Shown piece after piece: positions 17,038 through 26,132 of a stretch of DNA of 29,660 bases. Below the pieces are notes generated by a model. That model was not told the DNA's origin, did no database searches, and saw nothing but the letters and a program-made list of their open reading frames with translations. Every line of letters begins with the position of its first letter. The first letter of the stretch is position 1. A program made the translations under genes and the position numbers. Location: IMG/VR virus record IMGVR_UViG_3300025296_000087, positions 1-29,660 of that record, one strand, 5' to 3'. The stretch comes from a virus (taxonomy: Duplodnaviria; Caudoviricetes).

Positions 17038-19074
17038 TTATGTTTCCGATTTAGCTGCCGCTTTTTCCTGCTTTCCAAGCATATCAAGCTCTCTCTGAGA
17101 AAGCTTGACGGCAGCGTCCAATTTCGAAGCACGGACCTTTCGGTCTGCGTTCGCATTAGCCTCAATCTCTGTGAGATGAGACTTAAATTTTGAAAGTTCA
17201 TTGTCTTGTTTGGCATGCATTGTTTCTCTCTGTGCTGTCTGTAAGTCACCACTCAAGTTTTGAATCTGTTCTTCGAGTTGTGCAACATAATCCCTCATTT
17301 GCTGCATTTCATCCATTCTTTCCAAGACACCTTCTTTGTCAAAAATTTCTGGGTTTTTCTTTAATACTTCAATTCTGTCAATAAGCCCGAGCTGAAAAGC
17401 TTCAAGGTATACACCGAATGTCGCCCACTTGCTTTCTGGAAGAGTGCTTCCTGAAACAATTCTCACATCGTGCTGTCCCACGTTCAGCCTGTCTTTTTGT
17501 ATATCATTTACAGCTTGAGAGGAATCGTCATACATATTAACCGTTATCTCGGTCATATTGTTATCAGCCTGTACTAGTGTGAACATTTTTGGAAATGTGT
17601 AATGTCCCTTTGATATACCATACAATACTTTTCCCAATCGATTAATACTAAATTCTATATCACGTAACTTGGACTTCGGTCTATCGCTTCCAAGTGCTAC
17701 CATACGTTCCGTTCCACGCACTGTATCAGGGGCCTTCTCTGGAAACCCGTGAGTCATCTCTGGAAGACCGAAGATAAAATCTATGTAGAACTCTGCCTGT
17801 TGAATCAGCCGATAGAACTCAGAGGCTAATGGCTGTGGTGCAGGATAATGTGGCTCACCCTGTGTTGTATCAACTTCGATAACCGCATTTGGATTTGCCC
17901 ACTCACGCTCTAGGTCATCAAGATTATCAACAGACCCAATCGGTACAATAAGCTTAAGACCTGCAGATGCCTGTGCATGAGAAAGAGCCAAAGACCATAA
18001 ACGGTTTAAAAGCTTCTGCATAGGACGTGCACGAGATACATCCGATTTCGGATATGGTGTTCCTGTCCAAATATTTGGAAGTGGTACAATTGGATACATA
18101 TCAGTATTCAATACAGATTCGTATAGCAGAACCTCTCCAATTGTTGCCGTTACTGCAATTCTTGGCTGTAAAACCTCTTCAAACTGCAAAAACCCCCTTT
18201 CAACCATTCCAGGGTTTTCCTGAAGCATAGTCTGAAAAGCCTGCTCGTCAAGAACGCTTTCCTCTCCAGAGCGTGCGTCAATAACCCGATAATAAGGAAC
18301 CTTTACAGGATAAAACCTTTCGAGTATCTGGTATTTATCAGAAGTAAATGTATTAGAATAGCTCTTATCCTTTGTCTCAGCCGGCGTAAACACTTTCATT
18401 GAGTTTACATTCTGAGCGTCTGGATAATCTTCCTCGTTATACGTCGATAGCTCATGTATCACCCCAGGATAGACTTCCTGAGTTTCTGAATCTATCTGGT
18501 CACCTAATTGTGGGTAGAGGTTGACGACCTGTTCGCCTGTCAGTATAGTAGAAAGAATGATGCCCTCGGCATCAGCAAACCACCTGTCCCTGCAGTCAGG
18601 TGGGACATAAACACGGAAGGGATTAACATAGGTAAACTTGACATCACCTCTACCGAAATCTGATTCTGCATCAACATATGCATACATATATCCTAGACCC
18701 GTAACAGCATAATCCGTGATAGCCTGCTTTATCTGATTATCACCGTCTGAAATGTCCCAGACATATCCTAGTATAGAGCGAAACACGGAAGCTACCTGTG
18801 CATCCGAGTCCTCTCTGGGAACCACTGTGAACACGGGGGGTCTTGCAGTAAGAACACTCTTTAGCTTATCAATTGCAGGAGATATCCTATCCATAGGAAC
18901 ATCTGCTTGATTTCTAGATGCAAGCTCATCTGACTCTTCTGAAGTAAAATGATTGCCAAGAAAAAAATCTAAGTCAGTTCTTGCTTCTGTATCCCAGTCT
19001 GTACGTGCATCACGCCAGTTACGATAAAGTTCCTGGTTCTGTTCTGCTTCTGGTGCCTTCTCTATTTTAGCCAT
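17038..19074 (-). CDS. Portal protein (P22-like)
   Basis: 678 aa; DFFLGNHF, TGLGY, VNPFRVY, YPIVP, WANPNAVIE motifs and a C-terminal coiled-coil barrel. Confidence 0.85.
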   Translation of the reverse strand: MAKIEKAPEAEQNQELYRNWRDARTDWDTEARTDLDFFLGNHFTSEESDELASRNQADVPMDRISPAIDKLKSVLTARPPVFTVVPREDSDAQVASVFRSILGYVWDISDGDNQIKQAITDYAVTGLGYMYAYVDAESDFGRGDVKFTYVNPFRVYVPPDCRDRWFADAEGIILSTILTGEQVVNLYPQLGDQIDSETQEVYPGVIHELSTYNEEDYPDAQNVNSMKVFTPAETKDKSYSNTFTSDKYQILERFYPVKVPYYRVIDARSGEESVLDEQAFQTMLQENPGMVERGFLQFEEVLQPRIAVTATIGEVLLYESVLNTDMYPIVPLPNIWTGTPYPKSDVSRARPMQKLLNRLWSLALSHAQASAGLKLIVPIGSVDNLDDLEREWANPNAVIEVDTTQGEPHYPAPQPLASEFYRLIQQAEFYIDFIFGLPEMTHGFPEKAPDTVRGTERMVALGSDRPKSKLRDIEFSINRLGKVLYGISKGHYTFPKMFTLVQADNNMTEITVNMYDDSSQAVNDIQKDRLNVGQHDVRIVSGSTLPESKWATFGVYLEAFQLGLIDRIEVLKKNPEIFDKEGVLERMDEMQQMRDYVAQLEEQIQNLSGDLQTAQRETMHAKQDNELSKFKSHLTEIEANANADRKVRASKLDAAVKLSQRELDMLGKQEKAAAKSET

Positions 19075-19252
19075 CTATATAATTCTTTACGCTTGCTGTT
19101 TCCTCTATTTTCTGCAATCTGGCTTCTATACCCTCAACAAGCCCTGCAAGCTCGTTGTAGTCTTTAGAAAAGTCATAAGGCTCGTGAGCGTTTTTTTCTA
19201 GCTCCTCAATTCGAGCCTGCAAGTCGGGTTTTTCTTCTTTTTTTGCTGCCAA
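19067..19252 (-). CDS. Small coiled-coil hypothetical protein
   Basis: 61 aa, TTG start, first gene after the promoter at 19279-19307. Confidence 0.5.
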   Translation of the reverse strand: MAAKKEEKPDLQARIEELEKNAHEPYDFSKDYNELAGLVEGIEARLQKIEETASVKNYIDG

Positions 19253-19278
19253 GGTATAATAGTAAATCTCTCTAAGAT

Positions 19279-19307
19279 AATATAAGGAAAAAAATGCCGT
19301 TTGTCAA
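19279..19307 (-). promoter_or_regulatory. Sigma70-type promoter for the portal/capsid operon
   Basis: TTGACA-N17-TATATT on the minus strand, preceded by an A-tract. Confidence 0.7.
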
Positions 19308-19326
19308 GAGTTTTTTTGCAGGAAAC

Positions 19327-20961
19327 CTATGTTCTTGCACCTGTAAGCCAGTTATACTTAAGATATTTTGCAGTTTTTCTACTTCCTTCATTAGCTGGAG
19401 AGTTAAAATCGTCTATATCCATAACTTTACTAGAAGGTGGTTTCTGCCACGCAAAGTAGTTTGCATAGTACAGTGCATCAAGAATATCATCATTCCTTGC
19501 CTTCGGGTGTTCAAATAATTCATCTGTCAATTCCGTCATAGTTCTCTTTATGTATAGCTTCTTTCCGTTTACTATGGGTCCCAATGCTGTTTCTAGCCTA
19601 TCAGCCTTTTTTATTCCTTTCGGTGGTTTAGCACCCTTAAATATTCCTGGAGCCAAACGCCTGTCTGCAAGAGATAACCTATCTGCCATATCTCTTACCA
19701 TTTCCTGTGCAGCAACAGTTTCAATAGTAACTCGCCTTACAGGTCCATAATCTTTTGCAAGTTGTATAATCTTCTTTGGAACGTCGAAAGTTGGAATCCT
19801 TTCTCGAAAATACTCTAGCACATAACGATTTTTATCAGAATCCATTCCCATAACAAGGATTACTTGATAGTCTGACGAAGAAGATGCTGTGTGTGCAACA
19901 TCAACTCCGAGATACACATAAATTGGAATAGCCTTATCATTCGTTATGAGATATGAGAAGTTGTTCTTAGCTTTGTGATGTCCGGCATAATACTGGACTC
20001 TGTCAATTTTGAACGCTGCATTTGATATGTCACGTGCATCATTCATATATTCCTGTGCAAACTTGTTTACAAGCCCAGCCTCTATAAATTCTTTTTTCTT
20101 TTTCTTGAGCTTGTTATTTGAGAATTGTTCTAACCATATAGACTTCCCACCCTCTATAGCCTGATGAAACATTACATCCCACGGATATGAGCGATTCTCC
20201 TTCTTGGCTTCGGTATATGAGTCATATGTCATTTGAAGAAATGAGTCATAATGTACAATAGTACCAAGAAGCCAAATCCATCCTTCGTGACCAGGTGTCT
20301 CTTCAAGCGAGGGGTATACCGTGGAAACAATCCATCTTTTAATTTCGGCACGCCTTTCTGGTGTTTTGGTGTTTAACTCGGATTCAAAGTCATCCAATAC
20401 AATGCCAGTGTACCGCCTGTCAATCTCAGCACGACCACGCAGACGCTGAGTTGTGCCCTTTGCTATTATCCTATCCCCTTTGGATGTGATAATATCCTTC
20501 TCAGTCCATCGATTGCCCACCAAGTCTCCGGCAAGGTCCCCAAAATAGTATCTAATGTATTTATTGTTTTCTATGTGTGACTTAATATATTTTAAATGGT
20601 CAATGGCCTGTCCCTGCTCTTCAGCCACCCAAGCAATAAAATGTGGGTCATCCTTTTGTCCGAAGCATATTTTGTGTAAAATGGCAGCTTTGGCAAGAAC
20701 TGACTTCCCAAAGCCCCTAGGGACAATATTGCAAATTCTCTCTCCAGGTTGAGTAGATATAAGCTTTTGACCTATTTCATAGTGAAATGGCGGAGATTTG
20801 CTCTTTTTAAGGAAATCCTTAGGTAAAAAGGCTCTTCCAAAGAATATGAGGTCTTCATAGGCCTGCTTTAAAAGCTGGTCTTTTGCATTAAGACTTATCT
20901 CTTCTGGTCTTCTTAACGCCGCTTCTTCTTGTGTCTGTCTTGTTTTTGCTTTTTCTTCCAC
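19327..20961 (-). CDS. terL: Terminase large subunit
   Basis: Walker A PRGFGKS, Walker B IVLDDFE, coupling motif GTIVH, nuclease GVD and NDDILDA. Exact start uncertain. Confidence 0.92.
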   Translation of the reverse strand: MEEKAKTRQTQEEAALRRPEEISLNAKDQLLKQAYEDLIFFGRAFLPKDFLKKSKSPPFHYEIGQKLISTQPGERICNIVPRGFGKSVLAKAAILHKICFGQKDDPHFIAWVAEEQGQAIDHLKYIKSHIENNKYIRYYFGDLAGDLVGNRWTEKDIITSKGDRIIAKGTTQRLRGRAEIDRRYTGIVLDDFESELNTKTPERRAEIKRWIVSTVYPSLEETPGHEGWIWLLGTIVHYDSFLQMTYDSYTEAKKENRSYPWDVMFHQAIEGGKSIWLEQFSNNKLKKKKKEFIEAGLVNKFAQEYMNDARDISNAAFKIDRVQYYAGHHKAKNNFSYLITNDKAIPIYVYLGVDVAHTASSSSDYQVILVMGMDSDKNRYVLEYFRERIPTFDVPKKIIQLAKDYGPVRRVTIETVAAQEMVRDMADRLSLADRRLAPGIFKGAKPPKGIKKADRLETALGPIVNGKKLYIKRTMTELTDELFEHPKARNDDILDALYYANYFAWQKPPSSKVMDIDDFNSPANEGSRKTAKYLKYNWLTGART

Positions 20962-21008
20962 CGATGTCTCTTAATCTTCTTCCTTCTTTTTTTAAGAACG
21001 CTTGACAC
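20913..21008 (-). CDS. bS22/mS38 (DUF1713, COX24/AURKAIP1-type) ribosomal-protein-like peptide, 31 aa (not in ORF track)
   Basis: GTG start: MSSVLKKRRKKIKRHRWKKKQKQDRHKKKRR, matching the M[GS]SV[IL]KKRRK..xH..K pattern. Confidence 0.55.
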   Translation of the reverse strand: MSSVLKKRRKKIKRHRWKKKQKQDRHKKKRR

Positions 21009-21162
21009 TCTTCTTTTTACCTGTTGGCTTCCATACGTGCTTTACACCCCGAAGAAGGCTTATCATGCTTTTTGCCTTGGCTACGCTCTTTGCCGTTGCC
21101 TTTTTCTTCCATTTCCTGCTTTTCTTTACATAGACGGTCTTTCCTACTCTTTTGTATGGTAT
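20992..21162 (-). CDS. Basic 56-aa protein with apparent ATA start (not in ORF track)
   Basis: GGAGG-N6-ATA, then PYKRVGKTVYVKKSRKWKKKATAKSVAKAKSMISLLRGVKHVWKPTGKKKSVKRS; in-frame TGA 6 codons upstream. Confidence 0.5.
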   Translation of the reverse strand: MPYKRVGKTVYVKKSRKWKKKATAKSVAKAKSMISLLRGVKHVWKPTGKKKSVKRS

Positions 21163-21215
21163 CGTACCCCTCCCAATTCACGATATCTATGTCAAGCCAG
21201 TCATCTAGCCATCTC

Positions 21216-21428
21216 TCATGCTGAAGCATAGTCTTCGTTCTCGTAGCCTCCTATGTATATAATATTGCTATCGGAATTGTATATAGTGTGGCATATGGGG
21301 CATCTCCACCCGTAAAACATTCCACCACTGTCAAAAATGGTGTTTTCCAAAACTATCTGAACCTGATTCTCACAAACGTCACACTCAAGCTGGAATTCTG
21401 GAAAGACTATTCGAACCTCACGTGTCAT
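21216..21428 (-). CDS. Zinc-ribbon protein
   Basis: CDVC...CPIC; likely start ATG 21428. Confidence 0.55.
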   Translation of the reverse strand: MTREVRIVFPEFQLECDVCENQVQIVLENTIFDSGGMFYGWRCPICHTIYNSDSNIIYIGGYENEDYASA

Positions 21429-22182
21429 CAATCTCAGCTTCCGCCTGAGCAATCATCTTTGTTTCGCCATCGGATTTCAGTGTTTGTAGCTCTGCCGGGG
21501 TAAATCCTTGAAAGACAGTAAGCGTTTCGGACTTTTTCTCAGCATTCGGCATCATATCGGATACCTTTGCAAGTAGCTCAAGACAGCGAACACGAGAACT
21601 TGAGTTGTTCTCATCCTCTTTGACTATTGACCATACCTGTTTCAGAATTTCCTCATGTGTGATACCTACTAAAGACAACGCATCTTTTACTTCTTTTCTT
21701 ATCAACTTCATCACCCTTTCTTGTTTTAGTAACGATTTCGACGCTACCTTGGCATATTCATGCTTATCTGTAGGGTAAGCCCTCAAATAGGCATCAGTCG
21801 GGTCAACACCCTTAACGACATACTGAGCAAAGATTAGCTCATTTGCATTAGCATCTCGGTCCGTGGCCTGAACTTCTTTGTGATTCTTGTCGCGAGAGAA
21901 GGAATAGAGGTTCTTTGGTATATTTCCCTCCATTGGTTCTTTGTTCTCGGCAACATAGGTACCTAGCAGTGTACGAACATAATGCTTGTCTTTTCCCGTA
22001 TTAGCCTTAAAGGGGCTTTTTTTTAAGACCTGAACAACCTGCTCGTCATCTGTCTGGCACCATTCACCCTCCTCCGCATCCCTCCAGGACTCAATCAGCT
22101 TTACATTCTTATGATAGAGCCTAAATTCTTTCTCATCCTTGTAAACAAAATGCCTTTTGTCTTTTATTGTCTTAGCCTTCAC
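21418..22182 (-). CDS. Terminase small subunit-like protein with N-terminal extension
   Basis: FAQYVVKGVDPTDAYLRAY...ASKSLLKQERV HTH and RVRCLELLAK oligomerisation helix; upstream of terL. Confidence 0.6.
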   Translation of the reverse strand: MKAKTIKDKRHFVYKDEKEFRLYHKNVKLIESWRDAEEGEWCQTDDEQVVQVLKKSPFKANTGKDKHYVRTLLGTYVAENKEPMEGNIPKNLYSFSRDKNHKEVQATDRDANANELIFAQYVVKGVDPTDAYLRAYPTDKHEYAKVASKSLLKQERVMKLIRKEVKDALSLVGITHEEILKQVWSIVKEDENNSSSRVRCLELLAKVSDMMPNAEKKSETLTVFQGFTPAELQTLKSDGETKMIAQAEAEIDDT

Positions 22183-22239
22183 TTCCCGTCCAAATAATTT
22201 AAGCTCCTAACCGCTTCCCCCCATGTGAAGGTAAGACCT

Positions 22240-22437
22240 CTATGAATACTCGTTTGGGTTCATTGTGCCTATAAGTTGTGGAACATCCAAGTTTTCTATT
22301 GTTTTTAAGATATTTCTAATAATATCATGCTTTGCGTCTGTAGACTCTGGCGGGTCAAGTTTCTTTGTTTCGTCGTATTGCCACTTCAAAACCTTCAATT
22401 GTGCTATGTTATCCGCCAAATTAAGTGTTTCCATCAA
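22240..22437 (-). CDS. Hypothetical protein
   Basis: 65 aa ORF overlapping the upstream gene end. Confidence 0.5.
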   Translation of the reverse strand: MMETLNLADNIAQLKVLKWQYDETKKLDPPESTDAKHDIIRNILKTIENLDVPQLIGTMNPNEYS

Positions 22438-23209
22438 TTAGCTTCCCCCAAAGAAACGTTTTGCCTTTTGTGATATCAACAACATCGAGTCTAAAATCGC
22501 CATTGCTAAACCAATCCACAATGCCGAAAGCATGTCCCCAATTCGTTTTTCTGTTTTTAAGCCATGAGTTCGCTTCATCAGACATATCCTTAAGACATCC
22601 TAGGCTAAATCCTGCATGTGCTCCATCAACGTGAGTAACGCTGTGTCGCTGAATATCGTGCAAATGACCGTATACCACCGATTTGCCTAGATTTAATGCA
22701 TGTGCACGTGTGTGGTATACTGAGCTGAAATGACCACCATGGTATATGTACAGCTTTCCAATTCTTAAATACTTTCCATAAGGGTAGTATTTATACCCTC
22801 TTTCCTTCAAACGCATCGCATTTGGGAACAAATAGTCCTTTGCGAGGTATGGATGCTCTTCAACAAAGGAGTTCAGCCAAGCGTCATGGTTTCCCTCTAT
22901 CATGTAACGCTCGCTACATCCTATCCTTTTCAGTACTTTGTCAAAAAGGTCGAGGCCTTCGTTGGCCGCTTTTATGTCCTCATCTATCTCTGGCAGTATA
23001 AATTCCAGAGGTGGCCGCTTTTGACGCTTGTATCTCCATCCAGAGGCACTGTGAAACTCACCTATGTCACCCAAACAGACAAAGATATTAGGCTTAACGA
23101 GGGTAATTGCCTTCAAAACACAGTTTATGGCAGCATCATCCTGCTCAGGAAAGTGTATATCCGGCACAATGACCGCTCTTTTGTGTTTTGGGACGGCTTT
23201 AGTCGCCAT
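22421..23209 (-). CDS. Calcineurin-like metallophosphoesterase
   Basis: DIH, GD, GNHD, YHG and GHLH motifs. Confidence 0.88.
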   Translation of the reverse strand: MATKAVPKHKRAVIVPDIHFPEQDDAAINCVLKAITLVKPNIFVCLGDIGEFHSASGWRYKRQKRPPLEFILPEIDEDIKAANEGLDLFDKVLKRIGCSERYMIEGNHDAWLNSFVEEHPYLAKDYLFPNAMRLKERGYKYYPYGKYLRIGKLYIYHGGHFSSVYHTRAHALNLGKSVVYGHLHDIQRHSVTHVDGAHAGFSLGCLKDMSDEANSWLKNRKTNWGHAFGIVDWFSNGDFRLDVVDITKGKTFLWGKLIDGNT

Positions 23210-23510
23210 TACAGGTCGGACAAGCCGAAGACCAAGGGTTTGTTGGGTCTTCCATAGCTTCTCTTACGATACTAGACACATTATTTTCGTTATTTTCCCT
23301 TTTTACGTTCCAGCGACGGTTTTTTATGTGTATAATTTCCGCGGCAAGGTAAATTGAGAGGTCCAAAGCCTCTTCAAGGGCATCAACAAGGTCATATGTG
23401 CCATCAAGCGGCATTTCGTTGCCATGCTTTTTCTTCGCCCAGTGCAATCTTCGGGCTATTAGAGATAAAACAGCTTTATTGTTCTCTGTTTCCACGAACT
23501 CGAACTTCAC
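23199..23510 (-). CDS. All-alpha NTP pyrophosphohydrolase (MazG-like) candidate
   Basis: KKHG...DALEEALDLSIYL (EExxD) motif. Confidence 0.45.
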   Translation of the reverse strand: MKFEFVETENNKAVLSLIARRLHWAKKKHGNEMPLDGTYDLVDALEEALDLSIYLAAEIIHIKNRRWNVKRENNENNVSSIVREAMEDPTNPWSSACPTCNGD

Positions 23511-23737
23511 TAAGGCAAATATCCGTATCCGCCTGGTGGAACGCAGCGTGCCCTGTCGGGCTTTGAGAGTTCTTGATTCCTGAATTCATCAATAATCTCG
23601 GCTGCCTTCTTTTCCGCTTTAAAAAAATCCCTCGCTGAGTACCATTTCCCGCTAATTCTTATTCCTACCCGTCCTAGCCGCCGTTTCTTAGCCATTGTTG
23701 CTTTCCGTAGTGGAAAATGTTTTTTCCTGTATTCCAT
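23510..23737 (-). CDS. Basic hypothetical protein
   Basis: 75 aa; stop overlaps the next start. Confidence 0.5.
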   Translation of the reverse strand: MEYRKKHFPLRKATMAKKRRLGRVGIRISGKWYSARDFFKAEKKAAEIIDEFRNQELSKPDRARCVPPGGYGYLP

Positions 23738-23839
23738 ATTGTTACCAACATTATTACGTAAAATGTGATTATATCAATTTTTTGTATGTACATTAACAAT
23801 TCTATTGAAATCACTGACAAAATCAGTAAAAGTACGAAT

Positions 23840-24052
23840 TTAGTGTTCATTTGATGGTATCCCTGGATGTACGATAGCTATGAAATAGTCACACTTTTCA
23901 TCTGCAAAGCACTTTTTTCCTGCATACTCAATATTCTGCCATAACATACCATTTGCAGCAATCATAATTCCTGCACATATTGCCAGGTTACTTCCTTTGC
24001 CATAATTTGCACAATATCTTTTAGCTAGCCTACTGTTGGTTTTTGCAGTCAC
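23840..24052 (-). CDS. Cys-containing hypothetical protein
   Basis: CANY...C...C....CDYF; immediately downstream of a promoter. Confidence 0.55.
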   Translation of the reverse strand: MTAKTNSRLAKRYCANYGKGSNLAICAGIMIAANGMLWQNIEYAGKKCFADEKCDYFIAIVHPGIPSNEH

Positions 24053-24057
24053 AACAT

Positions 24058-24086
24058 AATTTACTACAATTTACAAGCAAAGTCAA
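24058..24086 (-). promoter_or_regulatory. Leftward sigma70-type promoter
   Basis: TTGACT-N17-TAAATT. Confidence 0.6.
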
Positions 24087-24107
24087 GGAAAAATTTGAAA
24101 TAGCTAC

Positions 24108-24144
24108 TATGTATATATGTATATATATATATATATATTATATA
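24108..24144. repeat. (TA)n microsatellite-like tract
   Basis: tatgtatatatgtatatatatatatatatattatata. Confidence 0.85.
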
Positions 24145-24337
24145 CTAATACTAATATATCCATCAATACCGTATACGTATAATTCGTATACACGTATTGG
24201 GGAAAGTTGAATTTGCAAAAAATAGGGTTACAATGTGTGTCTCCCTTTGATGGCCCAGGGGCACGGGGTCGGGTTATACGCTTTCTGTTCGCTTTCGTTG
24301 ACAACCATTAAGCCCAAAAAGAAAGTGAAAAAAAAGC

Positions 24338-24366
24338 TTGCATGTTATGGGAGGACGTTGTAAATT
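24338..24366 (+). promoter_or_regulatory. Rightward sigma70-type promoter
   Basis: A-tract, then TTGCAT-N17-TAAATT. Confidence 0.5.
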
Positions 24367-24413
24367 ATAGGATTTGCAATTTTCGGTTTTCGTTCCAGTT
24401 TAATAAATCTTTC

Positions 24414-24443
24414 AATTTACGAATGTTTTTTTATACAAGTCAA
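24414..24443 (-). promoter_or_regulatory. Second leftward promoter
   Basis: TTGACT-N18-TAAATT. Confidence 0.45.
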
Positions 24444-24471
24444 GTCCTTTATTTATTGGTAAAAAAACCGC

Positions 24472-24501
24472 TTGCACTATATGTTCTTTTATCCTTACCT
24501 T
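24472..24501 (+). promoter_or_regulatory. Possible second rightward promoter
   Basis: A-tract, then TTGCAC-N18-TACCTT. Confidence 0.35.
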
Positions 24502-24617
24502 TGGGCAATGAATCGTTTATCCTGTCAATTTTGTTCCTGCAGAAAAAATTCCTGTAAAAAGGAATTGCAGAAAGATGTTCTTTCTGTAACATTCAAAACA
24601 AAAAGGATAAATACAAA

Positions 24618-25115
24618 ATGAATGCAGTAACAAACAACGCAACCGATAAGATGACAACTCTAGAATTCGTCAATACTGAAAAGGATAAAGGTGATGCTTC
24701 ACTGTTTGCCTTTACTTTACAGGAAAACGAAACTAGTAAAGATAGAAAGATAATAGAACCAGAGCAAATGTCTGAATCTATTGATTTACTAGTGTCTGAT
24801 GGATTACCCCTAGAAAAGGCTACAGAAAGCGTTCTCAGACATACTAGAGTTAGAACAACATCCGAAAAGTACACTTTGACCACTAGTGTGAAAGGTGCTA
24901 TGAAAGAGATTGAAAACCTAGTTTTCGATGCTATTACTAAGGATGCCAAAACAGAAGCATCTATAGACGAAAACAGCGTCAAACGAGGTAATGACAACAC
25001 TAGAACACTAGTGAAGTTCAATCAAATGATGGATGTTGACGGAAAGAACAAACCTGTACAAGTTGACCTTTCTCTAAACGTCAAAGTATGGAAGAAAAGG
25101 AACGCATCCGTATAA
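24618..25115 (+). CDS. Early hypothetical protein
   Basis: 165 aa, AAGGA RBS. Confidence 0.7.
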   Translation: MNAVTNNATDKMTTLEFVNTEKDKGDASLFAFTLQENETSKDRKIIEPEQMSESIDLLVSDGLPLEKATESVLRHTRVRTTSEKYTLTTSVKGAMKEIENLVFDAITKDAKTEASIDENSVKRGNDNTRTLVKFNQMMDVDGKNKPVQVDLSLNVKVWKKRNASV

Positions 25116-25133
25116 GGTTGCTTTTATGCAAAA

Positions 25134-25159
25134 AGGGAGTAGGTATCTACTTACTCCCT
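25134..25159. terminator. Intergenic hairpin
   Basis: AGGGAGTAGGTA-TC-TACTTACTCCCT; U-tract present only in the minus direction. Confidence 0.45.
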
Positions 25160-25169
25160 AAAATTTAGA

Positions 25170-25619
25170 ATGAAAAAACAAGTGAAACTTACGACAGACA
25201 AAACAGCGAAAATTCTAGTTGAGAAACAGAAGAAACTTTTCAGAATTCATTTGCAATTTGGGAAAGATTCAGAAATTATTTTTGCATCCTCTAAGCGTAA
25301 ATCTGAGGAAATTGCTAGAGGTTGGATTAATACCTTACCTAGTAAATATAAACGTCTTAAAATCGAATTTAACGGCATTATCAGAACGTTTAACAGGAAC
25401 GTTCCTATTCCTCAAGAATTCCTCACAAAATTTCAAGATGACAGACTATTCGATTACTATTTTACTAATAATAGATATTTACCAAATGAATTGACTGTGA
25501 TGAATACCGAAACAATATCATTTAAACAAGATTTACAACTAGCATTTATTAGAGAGGGTTTTTCTCTTTCTGAAGCTACAGAAAAGGCGGTAAGACTAGC
25601 AAAAAAGCTTAATATATAA
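25170..25619 (+). CDS. Early hypothetical protein
   Basis: 149 aa ORF. Confidence 0.65.
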   Translation: MKKQVKLTTDKTAKILVEKQKKLFRIHLQFGKDSEIIFASSKRKSEEIARGWINTLPSKYKRLKIEFNGIIRTFNRNVPIPQEFLTKFQDDRLFDYYFTNNRYLPNELTVMNTETISFKQDLQLAFIREGFSLSEATEKAVRLAKKLNI

Positions 25620-25637
25620 CAAAGTTACACAAACCAA

Positions 25638-25676
25638 GAAAAACCTGTAGTTTACCTTTTAAGCTACAGGTTTTTC
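25638..25676 (+). terminator. Bidirectional intrinsic terminator
   Basis: GAAAAACCTGTAGTTT...AAGCTACAGGTTTTTC inverted repeat. Confidence 0.65.
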
Positions 25677-25696
25677 ACATTTAGAAAGGATACACA

Positions 25697-25828
25697 ATGA
25701 CAATAAAAAAGGCGTTAAACCTACTAGAAAAGGCTTCAGATTTTATCTGTGAAGCTACTTTAACTTTCCTCTATTGTTCTATTTTCTACTTAGGAATTCA
25801 CATAGTCGTTTTCTTAATCCGTCAATAG
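25697..25828 (+). CDS. Small TM protein (43 aa, not in ORF track)
   Basis: AAGGA RBS; MTIKKALNLLEKASDFICEATLTFLYCSIFLLGIHIVVFLIRQ. Confidence 0.5.
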   Translation: MTIKKALNLLEKASDFICEATLTFLYCSIFYLGIHIVVFLIRQ

Positions 25829-26132
25829 TTCAGAAAGTTTGGTTTTGTTTCCGAAAAGCCATTTTCAGAAATTGGTTTTTTTCCTGTTTTTTCAAGCTAC
25901 AGGAGAACATCAAATTTGAAAAGTTTGTCTGGCAGGAAAATTTGAATTCTTAGATGAGATGATTACTAGAATAATACTACAGAATATTAGGAATACTTAG
26001 ATGAAGAGATTCTTGCAAAAACTTATGAAGCTACTGAATTCCAGGCGGAGCAGATTTCCAGTAAAGTATGAAAAGAAGTATTGTAAATGTTGTGGTAAAA
26101 CATACAGAAGTAAAATAAAGGAGTAAGATAAA

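Noticed and set aside
21017-21229. 70-aa ORF MLQHERW...
   Set aside because: Probably an alternate frame of the SD-preceded basic ORF 20992-21162; not fully excluded.
16-23583. Numerous plus-strand ORFs in the ORF track (e.g. 6382-6942, 1464-1853, 13309-13509 poly-Phe)
   Set aside because: They are antisense shadows of the well-supported minus-strand genes, with no RBS or motifs.
25830-26115. Short ORF fragments in the AT-rich gap
   Set aside because: No frame has both a credible start/RBS and sufficient length; possibly a decayed gene, but this cannot be supported.
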